DNA of 64,000 nt from Acidobacteriota bacterium (GCA_965263035.1 OZ253580.1:4288001-4352000), one strand, 5' to 3'; numbered from the stretch's first letter, positions 48,776 to 60,144 are shown. Notes: a model not told the origin generated them from the letters alone. A program made the numbers and translations.

Positions 48776-50431
48776 ATGCGACTCCTTTTTTCACTATTCA
48801 AGACTCTGTGTATCGCTTTCCTGCTGGTGGCGATTTCTCCCGCACCCGTATTGGGATCGAAAGACAAGAAAACCAAGGAGGAGCGGAAACGGGAAAAGGA
48901 AGCCAAGAAACGCGACCAGCGCCGGCAGGTGGAGGAGGAGCAGGACTACTACAAGAATTGGTTGGTAGAGGACGTGGTCTACATCATCACGGACGAAGAG
49001 CGAAACGTCTTCAGCAACCTGACCGCCGACGCCGAACGGGACGCCTTCATCGAGCAGTTCTGGCGCCGCCGGGACCCGGACCCGCGGTCCGCCATCAACG
49101 AATTCAAAGAGGAGCACTACCGCCGGATCGCCTATGCCAACGACCACTTCTACTCGGGCGTCGAAGGCTGGTACTCGGATCGCGGCCGCATCTACATCAC
49201 CTACGGTCCCCCCAGTCAGAAGGAGAATCACCAAGGCGGCCTCTACCAGCGGAGAGTGCTGGACGAAGGGGGCGGCTGGACCAGCGTCTATGCCTTCGAG
49301 CGCTGGTTCTACAACTACATCCCGGGAGTGGGCAGCGGAATCGAGATCGAGTTCGTCGACGCCAGCAAGACGGGCGAGTACAAGATCGCGCTGAGGCCTT
49401 CCGAGAAGGACGCCCTTTGGCAAGTGGGATCCAGCCCGACCGTCAACGAGATGTTCGGATCGGCCGACCGCTCGGGAACCATGCTGGCGGATCTGGCCAT
49501 GCGCAACGTCGGGCTCAACGATGGGTCCTTCATGCGGGGAGCGCAGTCGTTCGACAGGGTGCGCAACTACTTCCTCCTCAACAAGCCTCCCAAGGTGGAG
49601 TTCGAGCATCTTCGGGGCGACGTGGAAACGCGTCTCCTGTACAACCCCATGCCCCTGGAAATGGTCCTCGGGAACTATCGGGTGGGTGAGGACGCCTTTC
49701 TGGTCCCCCTCACCATCCGGGTGCCGGCCCACGAACTGACTTACGACGCCGATCTTAAGAATGTGAGCCGGGCGACCATCCAGGTCTATGGCAAGGCCCA
49801 GAGCCTCACGGGCAGGGTGGTCTACGAGTTCGAGGATCTGATCGCCGCCGACACCTCCAAGGCGAATGGTTTGAAGGCAGGCACCAACTTTCTTTACCAG
49901 AAACAGCTGCCCCTCAGGCCCGGCAGATACAAGCTGACCGTGATTCTGCAGGAGGAATCGAGCAAGCGGGTCGCCACCGAAGTGGCTTCGGTCCAGCTGT
50001 CCAAGAACAAGCTGGGAACCCTCACCAGCAGTAACCTGGTGGTGGCCGACGGATTCGCCTCTTCCGCTCCGGAGCAGACGCTCTCCGACCCATTCATGAC
50101 GCCCAGCGGGATCAAGGTCTATCCCAACGTCACCCAGGTGTTCTCTCCCGGGGCCTTCCTCAGCCTCTATTCGGAAGCCTATGAAGTGGCTCTGGACCAG
50201 GCGACGCGCCAACCGGCACTGGACGCCGAATTCGTGATCATGAAGGGTCGCGAACCCGTTCGGGCGGAGGAACCCAGACTGCTGCAGATGGAGGATCGGG
50301 TGGTTGTGATGCATACCATGCCCCTGAAGGGGGTGGAGCCGGGGCGCTACCAGGTCACGCTGCAGCTCCGGGACCGGATCAGTGGCCAGGAGGCCTCCAA
50401 GCGCGCCAACTTCGAGATCCGGGGCGATTGA
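48776..50431 (+). CDS. GWxTD-domain protein
   Basis: WL.EDVVYIIT.EE...F, FIEQFW.RRDP.P...NEFKEEHYRRIAYAN and GWYSDRGRIYI.YGPP motifs. Confidence 0.92.
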   Translation: MRLLFSLFKTLCIAFLLVAISPAPVLGSKDKKTKEERKREKEAKKRDQRRQVEEEQDYYKNWLVEDVVYIITDEERNVFSNLTADAERDAFIEQFWRRRDPDPRSAINEFKEEHYRRIAYANDHFYSGVEGWYSDRGRIYITYGPPSQKENHQGGLYQRRVLDEGGGWTSVYAFERWFYNYIPGVGSGIEIEFVDASKTGEYKIALRPSEKDALWQVGSSPTVNEMFGSADRSGTMLADLAMRNVGLNDGSFMRGAQSFDRVRNYFLLNKPPKVEFEHLRGDVETRLLYNPMPLEMVLGNYRVGEDAFLVPLTIRVPAHELTYDADLKNVSRATIQVYGKAQSLTGRVVYEFEDLIAADTSKANGLKAGTNFLYQKQLPLRPGRYKLTVILQEESSKRVATEVASVQLSKNKLGTLTSSNLVVADGFASSAPEQTLSDPFMTPSGIKVYPNVTQVFSPGAFLSLYSEAYEVALDQATRQPALDAEFVIMKGREPVRAEEPRLLQMEDRVVVMHTMPLKGVEPGRYQVTLQLRDRISGQEASKRANFEIRGD

Positions 50432-50441
50432 GAGATCCGGT

Positions 50442-52175
50442 GTGTTCCATCCCCCCCTCAAACGTGCCGGGCTCCGGCCGGTGCTCGCGAGTACGATCGA
50501 GGGTCCCTTTCAGCGCGGGTTGAGTGTCTTCTTTTTCGTCCTCGCCTTGGCGTCCCTGCGGGTGTCGAGCGCCGGCGCGGCGTCCGATTCAACACCATCC
50601 TTTCGGGACGTGAGCCGTGAGGCAGGCCTCTCCTTCACCCACGCCAGCGGGGCATCTTCCGAAAAGTATCTGGTCGAGACCATGGGCTCCGGCGGAGGCT
50701 TTCTGGATTACGATCGGGACGGCTGGATGGACGTCTATCTGGTCAACAGCGGCGCCACTCCCTCGTCCTCAGCGGCGCCCCCGGGAAAGAATCGGCTCTT
50801 TCGCAACAACCGGGACGGCAGCTTCAGCGACGTGACGGACCAGGCCGGGGTCGGCGACCCCTCCTACGGCATGGGCTGTGTCTTCGCCGACTATGACAAC
50901 GACGGCGATGTCGACCTCTACGTCACCAACCTGGGCCCCAACGTCCTCTATCGCAACAACGGCGACGGCACCTTCACGGATGTCTCGGCTGCCGCCGGCG
51001 TGGCCGATCCCCTCTGGAGCACCAGCGCCGCCTTCGGCGACTACGACGCGGATGGATGGCTGGACCTTTACGTCGGCAACTATCTGAAGTTCACCTTCGC
51101 GACGCACCGCCGCTGTTATTCGGGGGACCTCCTCATCTACTGTTTTCCCCACAGCTACGACGGAGCGCCCAATACGCTCTACCGCAACCGGGGTGACGGA
51201 ACCTTCGAGAGGGCGAACGAGAAGGCCGGTGTGACCGAGGAGGCGCAGTACTCCAAGAGTCTGGGGGTGCTCTGGCTGGATCTGGAGGGGGACGGCGATC
51301 TGGACCTCTACGTGGCCAACGACACGACGGCCAACTACGTCTTCCGGAATAGCGGTCGCGGAGTCTTCGAGGACGTCTCGTTGCTCTCCGGAGGCGCCTT
51401 CAACGGGATGGGCATGGCGCAGTCGGGGATGGGTGTGGACGCGGCGGATCTGGCGGGGAACGGGCACTACAGCATCTTCGTGACCAACTTCTCGCTTCAG
51501 ACCAACGACCTGTACTGGAACAACGGTCAGGGGATCCTCACGGACCACACGCTCCAGGCCGGGCTCTCCCAGGACAGCTTCCTGCCGCTGGGGTTCGGTA
51601 CCAACTTCCTGGACGCCGACAACGACGGGCTGCTCGACCTCTTCGTGGCCAACGGGCACGTGTTCGACAACATCAACTCCATCAATCCCAGTCTGGAGTA
51701 CGCCCAGCCCAACCAGCTCTTTCGAAATCGGGGTGCGGGCCGGTTCGAAGCCGTCTCGGCCCGGTCTGGGCCCTATTTCTCCCGCAAGAACGTGTCTCGA
51801 GGTTCGGCCGTGGCCGACTACAACAACGACGGCCGTCTGGACCTGCTGGTGACCAACAACAACCAGAAGGCGGACCTGCTTGAAAATCGGTCGGCGGGGA
51901 ATCACCACTGGCTGCAACTGCGGATTGAGGGGACTCACTGCAATCGGGACGGCGTGGGCGCCAAGGTGCGTCTCAAGACTGGAGGCCGCCTGCTCAGTCA
52001 GGAGGTCCGGGCCGGGAGCAGCTACCTGAGCCAGAGCGATCTGCGGGTCCACTTCGGGCTGGGCGCCGTCCCCGGGATCGAATCCATCGAAATCCTCTGG
52101 CCCTGCGGCCGGAGGCAGGCGGTGCCGCCCCCGTCCGGCGTAGACCGTATCCTGCCGGTCAAGGAGTCGGGCTAG
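50442..52175 (+). CDS. CRTAC1-family protein (FG-GAP repeats + ASPIC/UnbV)
   Basis: Repeated DYDNDGxxDLYV motifs; ETMGSG; SYLSQSDLRVHFGLG; start codon uncertain. Confidence 0.9.
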   Translation: MFHPPLKRAGLRPVLASTIEGPFQRGLSVFFFVLALASLRVSSAGAASDSTPSFRDVSREAGLSFTHASGASSEKYLVETMGSGGGFLDYDRDGWMDVYLVNSGATPSSSAAPPGKNRLFRNNRDGSFSDVTDQAGVGDPSYGMGCVFADYDNDGDVDLYVTNLGPNVLYRNNGDGTFTDVSAAAGVADPLWSTSAAFGDYDADGWLDLYVGNYLKFTFATHRRCYSGDLLIYCFPHSYDGAPNTLYRNRGDGTFERANEKAGVTEEAQYSKSLGVLWLDLEGDGDLDLYVANDTTANYVFRNSGRGVFEDVSLLSGGAFNGMGMAQSGMGVDAADLAGNGHYSIFVTNFSLQTNDLYWNNGQGILTDHTLQAGLSQDSFLPLGFGTNFLDADNDGLLDLFVANGHVFDNINSINPSLEYAQPNQLFRNRGAGRFEAVSARSGPYFSRKNVSRGSAVADYNNDGRLDLLVTNNNQKADLLENRSAGNHHWLQLRIEGTHCNRDGVGAKVRLKTGGRLLSQEVRAGSSYLSQSDLRVHFGLGAVPGIESIEILWPCGRRQAVPPPSGVDRILPVKESG

Positions 52176-52176
52176 C

Positions 52177-53421
52177 GTGACTCTGTTCCTCCCGGCCGCC
52201 TGGGGGGTCTTTTTTTTCCTCCAGGGGATCACGACTCCTCCCGATCCGCTGTTGGAACGGGCTCTCCGGAAGATCGCCGTCAGCGAAGACTACGTGGGGG
52301 CTCTGGCCGACCTGGAGGCGTCGCTCCGCGGCCCCAATTCCAATCCTCAAGCCCACTACCAGGCAGGGGTCTGTCACACCATCCTGCGGAACTACTCCAA
52401 GGCTCTCGACAGTTTCCGCAAGGCCAGGGAACTGGGAGTCCACGGGTGGGAATTGGAACTGGGTTTCGGCATTGCCTACATCCATCTGGGTCGGGACGCC
52501 GAGGCACGCGACCACCTCGAAAGGACTCTCTCCCTGCAACCCGGCGATCCGAACGCTCTCTTTCATCTGGGGCGGCTGGATCTCAAGGCAGGAAACGCGG
52601 CTCGCGCCACAGAGCGATTCCGCCAGGTGCTGGCTCGCCAGCCGGACCATCAGGGGGCCCTCTTCAGCCTGGGCTCGGCCCTGATTCGCCAGGGGAAGGA
52701 ACGGGAAGGGAAGAAGGTGCTGGAACACCATCGGCGGATCGGTCACCTCCAGGGACGCCTCAAGTCGCTGAGTCTCATGGCCAATTCTCCCAAGGCCTCT
52801 TCCGACGTCTTCGCCGATCTGGGAGACGTCTATCTGGAGCTGGGCCGGAATGAGGATGCCCTCAAGGCCTACGATAGAGCCGAAGAGCTCGCTCCAGGAA
52901 CGGCCCTCACCGGGTTGGGACGGGGAACCCTGGCCTATGGGAAGGGCGATTGGACGGAGGCCAGGACCCATCTCTTGGGATATCTGGAGAAAGTGGGCGG
53001 AGACTGCCAGGGGTATCTCCTGCTGGGCCTCATGGAAAAACAGGAAAGGAAGTACGGTCTGGCTCGCCAACACCTGAATCGCGGACTCGAGCTCTGTCCC
53101 GGGCGCCTTCTGATTCTGGCCAGCCTGGCCGAGCTGGAGCTCCAGCGGGGAAACGTCGCCGGAGCCGAGGATTACTCGCAGAAGATGATCCGGATCGATG
53201 CCGATTTCGCGGCCGGCCCTTTCTTTCTGGCCTTTTGCCGCATCTACCAGCAGCGCCTGGAGGAGGCCGAGGAACTGGGCCTGCGGACCCTGGAACTGGA
53301 CGACAGGAATCCCAATCACCACCTCCTCATGAAGGCGGTCTACCAGGCCCGAGGGGACGCCGAGAAAGCCCGCCACCACGAGGACCGGGCCAATCAACTC
53401 CGTAGCGGCACCGGTCCGTGA
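52177..53421 (+). CDS. Tetratricopeptide-repeat protein
   Basis: Repeated A..LG..Y...G....A...Y..A TPR patterns; signal peptide. Confidence 0.85.
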   Translation: MTLFLPAAWGVFFFLQGITTPPDPLLERALRKIAVSEDYVGALADLEASLRGPNSNPQAHYQAGVCHTILRNYSKALDSFRKARELGVHGWELELGFGIAYIHLGRDAEARDHLERTLSLQPGDPNALFHLGRLDLKAGNAARATERFRQVLARQPDHQGALFSLGSALIRQGKEREGKKVLEHHRRIGHLQGRLKSLSLMANSPKASSDVFADLGDVYLELGRNEDALKAYDRAEELAPGTALTGLGRGTLAYGKGDWTEARTHLLGYLEKVGGDCQGYLLLGLMEKQERKYGLARQHLNRGLELCPGRLLILASLAELELQRGNVAGAEDYSQKMIRIDADFAAGPFFLAFCRIYQQRLEEAEELGLRTLELDDRNPNHHLLMKAVYQARGDAEKARHHEDRANQLRSGTGP

Positions 53422-53692
53422 GGCGGATCAGATCCTCGGAATTAGTGGAAATTGTGCATTAGAAATGCATATTTTCCATACAAAGACGACCATCTCCCAT
53501 ATTTCCATCTGCCTGGATCCGGACCCAGGAGCCTGCGCGGCAGAAATTGATCTACTGCGAAAGCGGTAGAATCGGTCCATATTTCCCCGATTTCTCGGCG
53601 AATAGAACGACTATGCACCTCAAAATCGAGAAAATCTGGCCTCGATTCCCCGCTTTCTCGCTACGATCATTCCTACCGCGCAGACTCCCAGG

Positions 53693-54648
53693 ATGCAGAA
53701 TTACATCGAGCGTTCCCTGGAACCTGTGCTCAGGCGGCGGTCTCCGAGTTTCCCGCCGTCGTCCTGACCGGACCCCGCCAGTCGGGCAAGACGACGCTCC
53801 TGCAAGAGCTTTTCGGCCAACGTTGCCGATACGTCTCTTTGGAGCTTCCGGACGTTCAGGCGTCCGCGCTGCACGATCCGCTCACATTCCTGGAATCTTA
53901 TCCGCCGCCCGCCATCTTCGATGAGGTGCAGTACGTTCCCGATCTGCTTCCGTACATCAAGGAGAAGATCGATGCGAACCGGAACCAACAGGGCCAGTAT
54001 CTTTTGACCGGCTCACGGAATCTGTTGCTCATGCAAAGGGTGACGGAGTCGTTGGCGGGTCGAGCGGCAATGCTCCGCTTGTTGCCGCTCTCCAGACGGG
54101 AGGTCGAGGGACGGCCCCTTCTCCCTCTTTCCTGGGAACGCAGCGGGCTGCCGTCCGCAAGGCCTGGCTCTCCGTGCTTGAAGCCAGCTACCAGGTAACG
54201 GTGCTGCGCCCCTACTTCGCCAACGTCGGGAAACGCCTCGTCAAGCGCCCGAAAATGTATTTCACGGTCATGGGGACACTCTGTCACCTCGTGGGCCTCA
54301 AGGAAGCCGAACACGCGGCTTCCGGGTCCCATGGGGGGCGCCATCCTGGAGACGGCGGTCTTGTCCGAAATTGTCAGGACGCTGACCCATCGAGGGATCG
54401 AGCCGCGGGTCTACTTCTGGAGAACCATTGCCGGGACGGAGGTCGACTTCGTGATCGAGACCGGTGGGAAGCTGGTGCCGATGGAGGTGAAACTTTCCGC
54501 CACGCCACACCGGGCGGTGGCTGCTGCCGTCAGGACCTTCCTGAAGGACATGAAGGATTCGGCGATGCCCGGATATCTGGTGCATCCGGGTGACATTCAC
54601 CTTCCTCTGGGGTCCGGAGTGACCGCGCGCCCCTTCGCCGACCTGTAA
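53693..54648 (+). pseudogene. Degraded AAA_14/DUF4143 ATPase
   Basis: MQNYIER start out of frame with the Walker A TGPRQSGKTT; IFDEVQ, ESLAGR; then a jump to KRLVKRPKMYF and FWRT..G.EVDF...EVK in other frames. Confidence 0.88.
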
Positions 54649-54739
54649 CCGCTCTCGGAGAATCTGGAAGTGAAAACCGCGAAATGAAGAAAGGAGCCTC
54701 ACCTCCGGGTAGAATGGCCAGGCTTATTCAGGCGGACTC

Positions 54740-56808
54740 ATGTCATTGAGGACTTTTCTGCGAAATCTTCCTCCCGGCCAGGTGGCCACCATCGCCGGGG
54801 TGGGTTGGCACTCGGGAACCGAGGCCGCCGCCACCGACGCGGGCTGGCCCATGGGAGTGGTGCGCGATCCGAAGGGGGATCTCCTCGTCGTGGACTACCA
54901 CGGCCAGCGCATCTGGAGGATCGACGGCGAGGGAATTCTGCACCCGTTCGCCGGCGACGGAGTCCAGGGGTTCGCCGGGGATGGAGGTCCCGCCAGCGAC
55001 GCCCGCTTCGACTCACCCCATGATCTCTGGAGGGATCGGGAGGGGAATCTCTACCTGAGCGATCTGGGGAACCACCGGATCCGCCGCATCGATGCCGCCA
55101 CCGGCGTCATCACCACCGTGGCGGGGTGCGGCGTTCGGGGCCGGGAAGGGGATGGAGGCCCGGCGACGGAGGCCCAGTTGGACATCTCCTCCGGCGTGGC
55201 CAAGGACTCGCAGGGCAATCTCTACATCGCCGACGAACCGTCTTCCACCGTCCGGAAGGTGGACACCCAGGGCATCATTCGCCGCTACGCCGGAATCGGC
55301 GTGGGGGGCTTCAACGGAGACGGGATCCCGGCGCTCGAAGCCGCGCTCTATCACTGCGAGCATCTGGCGGTCGATTCGCGGGACAACCTCTACATCTGCG
55401 ACAACAGCAACGACCGGATCCGCAAGGTCGACCGCCGGGGCATTCTGACCACGGTTCTGGGCAATCCCTATCCCGCGGGCGTGGACTGCGGTTCCCTCCG
55501 ATCTTCCATCGGTGATGGAGGCCCGGCCGTCGACGCCTGCATCATCATGCCCGACGCCATCTTCATCGACGCCCGGGACAATCTGTACGTGGCCGAGAAG
55601 TACGGGTTCCGGGTGCGCCGCGTGGACGCGGCCACGGGCATCGTCCGGACGGTGGTGGGCACCGGGGTTCCCGGGTTCGGCGACGACGGAGACGTTGGTC
55701 CCAAAAGTCAGATCAATTCCTGCGAGTGCGGTCTCTGGGCCGACCCCGACGGCACCACGTTCTGGAGCGATTGCAGCGGGCGCCTGAGAAAGGTGGACGG
55801 ACGGACCGGCATCGTCTCCACGGTGCTGGGGGGCGTGTCGGTGAGAGACGGAGGTCTGGCGACGAACGCCTTCATCACGGGTCCCAACGGCATCGCGGCG
55901 GGGTCCGACGGCACCCTCTATTTCGCCGACCTCTGGGGACAGCGGATCCGGGCCGTGGACCTGGAGACCTGGCAGATCCGGACCGTCGCCGGAATGGCGT
56001 CCGTTTCTACGGCGGGGACGGAGGAGCGGCCGTCGACGCCTATCTGGGCAACCCCCACGACGTGGCCCAGGGACCGGACGGAGAGATCTACATCGCCGAC
56101 ACCCGCTACAACCGAATCCGGAGGGTCGATCCTGCGGGCTCGATTGCGACCCATGTGGGGACCGGCATGAGCTACGACTCCGGAGATGGAGGACCCTCCG
56201 TCTCCGCCGCCGTGACGGCTCCCCTTGCGGTGACCGCCTCGCCCCGCGGCGAGGTGTATCTGGGAGACTCGGTGGGGCGAATTCGCCGGGTCGACCCTGA
56301 CACCGGGGTCATCACCACCGTGGCCGGCACCGGGAGGCCGGGATTCGGCGGGGACGGGGGACCGGCCCGTGAGGCTTCCATCTCGGGACCGTCGGCTCTG
56401 ACCTTGGACCGCGAGGGTAACCTCTATTTTGCCGACACCGGAAACCATGCCGTCCGTTGCGTCGACGTCAACGGACGGATGCGGACCGTGGTCGGGACGG
56501 GACGCCCGGGGCGGGCTCGCGAAGGCGCCCGGGCGGATGAGGCTCCTCTCGACTCTCCACGCGGGGTGGCCGTGGACGGGGACGGCAATCTCTATATTTC
56601 GGACACGGGCAACCATCGCGTGCTGGTCTCGACCCGGGAGCGGGGCGTGCGCGTGTTGGCCGGAACCGGTGAAGGCGGGGAATCGGGAGACGGGGGACTT
56701 GCTACCCGCTGCCGTCTCAACCATCCTACGGGCTTGGCGCTCCTGGAGGGATGCCTGCTGGTGAGCGATCACTACAACAACCGCATTCGGGCCATCAAGT
56801 TGCCGTGA
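54740..56808 (+). pseudogene. NHL-repeat protein with a single frameshift near 55993
   Basis: GDGGPA and GNLY.AD..N.RIR..D repeats run through ORF 54740 and continue in the frame of ORF 55726; TVAG/NGVRF junction is one base short. Confidence 0.8.
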
Positions 56809-56857
56809 TTTCGGGAACCGGGAATTGAAAGCTTCCCGGCGCCGAGGGAGGATCGAG

Positions 56858-58645
56858 ATGAAGTTTGCCACCCAACTCCTGCTGCTGTCGCTCGTTGCGT
56901 GCTCCCCCGGGAACGGCGGTTCGGAAGAGACCCCGACTCCACTTCCCGACGTGACCACGGGGTCCGCAAGCGCCCTGGGCACGACGGCGATGACGGTCAA
57001 TGGCAGCGTTCATCCCCATGGCCGTTACACCACGACCTACTTCGAATACGGCCTTTCGACCGAGTACGGGTCGCGAACCGAGGAAACGCCCTTGCCCCCG
57101 CGTCTCGGCGCCGTCTATCACGAGACCTGGGACCAGGGTCTCGGCGGATGGGCGAGTTGGCTGGAGAGCGAGAGCTTCGACACGGGCGGCGCCGAGGGCG
57201 GCTTCGTCCGGTTCTCGGAGCCGAGCGGGCACGATCGCAACCACGACGACGGGATCGGCACGCTCCATCTGACCAAGTACCTCTGGACCGGATCCTTGGG
57301 TGCAGGAGAGGACACGGACCGCGCCTGGCTGGGCGGGGGCGATCCGGATCTCCGGGGGGCTCGCGTGAGCCTCTGGGCCCGGGGCAACGACTGGCAGCCC
57401 AACGGCTCCGAAGTCCTGTGGTGGACGCAGAGCCAGAGCAACATCGAGCTCGGGCACCAGCCGGGATGGCGGCGCGCCAATTGGGCCTACACCGGGCATA
57501 CCCTCACCGATCAATTGCTGGACGGCCGTTGGAACCTCGTCGACTACCGCTTGCTGAACGATGCCTCGCAATGGACCTATGGGGGGAACAACCCGACGCT
57601 CCAGGGAGAGAGCGCCGCCCGCTACGCCTACTGGTCCATCGATCAGGCCCAGGCCCACGTCAACTGCGACTTCTTTCACTTGGCGGCCACCGTGGACATC
57701 GACAATCCGCCCACGGGATCGCTGGACTTCGACGACTTTCGGCTCGTCTACCGGAATCATTCCCTGGTCTATCCGTCCAACGGCGGCCGGTTGATCCGGT
57801 GGCCGGAAGGCGCGGCCGAAGCTCCGGCCCAGGTCAACGATGGATGGCGCCACGGACCGGGCCGCGCCTGGCGCAGCGGGAGCCGGCCGGACCGGCCTCA
57901 GGAGTTCGTCTTCGCCCTGGACCGCGAGGTCACGGTGAAGACCATCCAGGTCCATCAGAACCCCGAATGGCCCGGGAAAGAGGTGGAGGTCCTGGCGTCG
58001 GCGGACGACCGCCAGTATGCAATGGTGGCGACCCTGAACCTGCCGGAAAAAGGGGAGCGGGGACCCAACTTCGCCTTCGCTCTGGAGACCGGCCTCGCGG
58101 CCCAGGCCCGTTACCTCAAGTTCCGCCTGCTCTCCGGCTATCGGGAGGAGCACTGGGGACTGGGAGAGATCGAGGTCTTCGGCAGCGGCGCCCGGATGCT
58201 CCCGGATGATGACCTCTATTATGTGAACACCGACCTGGAGGGTCTGACGCCGGGCGCGACGGTTCGCTACCGGCTGGTGGCCTCCAGTGCGGAGGGAACC
58301 GTCCACGGCGAGGACCGGACCTTCACCGTTCCCGACAGCCGCAAGCCCCGCGCCCGAACCGGGAAGGCTCTCCGAGTAGGTGCCCGCCAGGCCAAGGTCC
58401 AGGGCCGCCTCAACGCCATGGGACTCCGTTCCCGTTTTCACTTCGAATATGGGAACAACCCGGGGTACGGTTCCAAGACGCCCGAGCAGTACGCCGGGCA
58501 GCAGATCAGCCCCCGCACGGTCTTCCACGAGTTCCGGGGCCTGAAACCCTCGACTGGTTACCACTATCGCCTGGTGGTGGCCAACGACGAGGGGGTCTCC
58601 TACGGCGGCGACCGCAGCCTCCACACGGGAACCGGATCTCCGTAA
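56858..58645 (+). CDS. Lipoprotein with FN3-like repeats and a discoidin (F5/8 type C)-like domain
   Basis: LVAC lipobox; YFEYG...YGS.T and GL.P...Y.YRLVA..G...G.DR.F repeats; ARYLKFR...LGEIEVFG. Confidence 0.7.
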   Translation: MKFATQLLLLSLVACSPGNGGSEETPTPLPDVTTGSASALGTTAMTVNGSVHPHGRYTTTYFEYGLSTEYGSRTEETPLPPRLGAVYHETWDQGLGGWASWLESESFDTGGAEGGFVRFSEPSGHDRNHDDGIGTLHLTKYLWTGSLGAGEDTDRAWLGGGDPDLRGARVSLWARGNDWQPNGSEVLWWTQSQSNIELGHQPGWRRANWAYTGHTLTDQLLDGRWNLVDYRLLNDASQWTYGGNNPTLQGESAARYAYWSIDQAQAHVNCDFFHLAATVDIDNPPTGSLDFDDFRLVYRNHSLVYPSNGGRLIRWPEGAAEAPAQVNDGWRHGPGRAWRSGSRPDRPQEFVFALDREVTVKTIQVHQNPEWPGKEVEVLASADDRQYAMVATLNLPEKGERGPNFAFALETGLAAQARYLKFRLLSGYREEHWGLGEIEVFGSGARMLPDDDLYYVNTDLEGLTPGATVRYRLVASSAEGTVHGEDRTFTVPDSRKPRARTGKALRVGARQAKVQGRLNAMGLRSRFHFEYGNNPGYGSKTPEQYAGQQISPRTVFHEFRGLKPSTGYHYRLVVANDEGVSYGGDRSLHTGTGSP

Positions 58646-58696
58646 ACCTGCCATCGAGTCCGGATTCGCTCCGGGGGGCCCGGCAAGGCGGCGACC

Positions 58697-60016
58697 TTGA
58701 ACTTGCACCGACTGCTCCGACGGCGACTCGAGAATGAGGGACCCGTCCGAGTGGGTCTCATCGGCGCCGGCAAATTCGGATCCATGTTCCTTTCCCAGGT
58801 GCCGTCGACCCGGGGGCTGTTGGTGCCGGTCATCGCGGACCTGGATCCGGACCGGGCGCGCGAGACCTGTCTGGCCGTGGGCTGGGACCAGGATCGGGTC
58901 GCCCGCACCCGCATCGTCCGCAACGGTCTGGAGCTGGCTGCCGCTCCTGATGTCGAAGTGGTGGTGGAAGCCACGGGCCAACCTCTGGCCGGACTCGCCC
59001 ACGCCCGATGCGCCATCGGGGAGGGGAAGCACGTGGTGATGGTCAACGTCGAGGCCGACGTGCTGGCCGGCCTGGTGCTGGCACGGGAAGCGGCTGCCGC
59101 GGGAGTGGTCTATTCCATGGCCTACGGCGACCAGCCGGCCCTGATCTGCGAGTTGGTGGACTGGGCGCGAGCCTGCGGTTTTCGAGTGGCCGCCGCCGGC
59201 AAGGGAACCCGATATCTGCCCGCCTACCACGCGTCGACTCCGGATACGGTCTGGGACCACTACGGCATCACCGCCGAGGCGGCTCGGGCCGCCCGAATGA
59301 ACCCCCGGATGTTCAATTCCTTCCTGGACGGGACCAAGTCGGCCATCGAGATGGCGGCCGTGGCCAATGCCACCGGGCTGACCCCGGCTCCGGGAGGATT
59401 GACCTTTCCTCCCTGTGGAGTGGAAGAGTTGGCCCAGGTGCTCTGTCCCCTTGAAGCCGGCGGCCAACTGCACCATCGCGGTCAGGTGGAGGTGGTCTCG
59501 TCATTGCACCGGGACGGCAGCGTGGTGGAACGGGATCTGCGCTGGGGAGTCTACGTCGTGGTCGAGGCACCCAACGAATACACCGCCGGTTGCTTTCGCC
59601 AATATGGCCTGAACCCCAACCGGGCGGGCGGCTATGCCGCCCACTACAAGCCCTTTCACCTGATCGGACTGGAGCTGGGCATATCGATTCTGTCCGCCGT
59701 GTTGCGCGGCGAGCCGACCGGCTGCCCGAGCCGTTTCGCGGGGGACGTGGTGGCGGTGGCCAAGCGGGATCTGAGGCGTGGCGAGGTCCTGGACGGCGAG
59801 GGCGGGTACACCGTGTGGGGAAAGCTCATGACCGCCGCCGGCAGCGTGGCGTCGAACGGCCTGCCCATCGGACTCGCCCACGGCGTCCGATTGCGCCGGG
59901 AGATTCCGGCGGGCCGATCCCTGAGCTGGTCCGACGTGGAGATCGATCCCGAACTGGAGGCGGTGCGACTGCGCCGAGCCATGGAGCAGACGTTGGCGGA
60001 AACCTCCGCGGACTGA
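58697..60016 (+). CDS. Homoserine-dehydrogenase-like NAD-binding protein with C-terminal SAF domain
   Basis: GLIGAGKFG, VNVEAD, GDQP, DGTKSAIEM and AKRDL..GEVLDGEGGY motifs. Confidence 0.88.
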   Translation: MNLHRLLRRRLENEGPVRVGLIGAGKFGSMFLSQVPSTRGLLVPVIADLDPDRARETCLAVGWDQDRVARTRIVRNGLELAAAPDVEVVVEATGQPLAGLAHARCAIGEGKHVVMVNVEADVLAGLVLAREAAAAGVVYSMAYGDQPALICELVDWARACGFRVAAAGKGTRYLPAYHASTPDTVWDHYGITAEAARAARMNPRMFNSFLDGTKSAIEMAAVANATGLTPAPGGLTFPPCGVEELAQVLCPLEAGGQLHHRGQVEVVSSLHRDGSVVERDLRWGVYVVVEAPNEYTAGCFRQYGLNPNRAGGYAAHYKPFHLIGLELGISILSAVLRGEPTGCPSRFAGDVVAVAKRDLRRGEVLDGEGGYTVWGKLMTAAGSVASNGLPIGLAHGVRLRREIPAGRSLSWSDVEIDPELEAVRLRRAMEQTLAETSAD

Positions 60017-60096
60017 CTTTCGGTCCTGGACCCCATTCTCGAAGGGAACTGTTGATCGCACAAGCGCCGGCTCGTTCCGGTGAGTTGCGCTGAAAA

Positions 60097-60144
60097 TTGT
60101 CTATCAATAGCAAAAACTAGGGAAGTTTTACTATTGATAGACAA
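60097..60144. promoter_or_regulatory. Perfect 14-bp inverted repeat, probable operator pair
   Basis: TTGTCTATCAATAG (60097-60110) and CTATTGATAGACAA (60131-60144), 20 nt apart, in an AT-rich island 24 nt upstream of the HTH gene. Confidence 0.7.

Noticed and set aside
58697-60016. Flagellar FlgA or true homoserine dehydrogenase
   Set aside because: Only the SAF and NAD-binding domains are shared, and there is no flagellar or threonine-pathway context.
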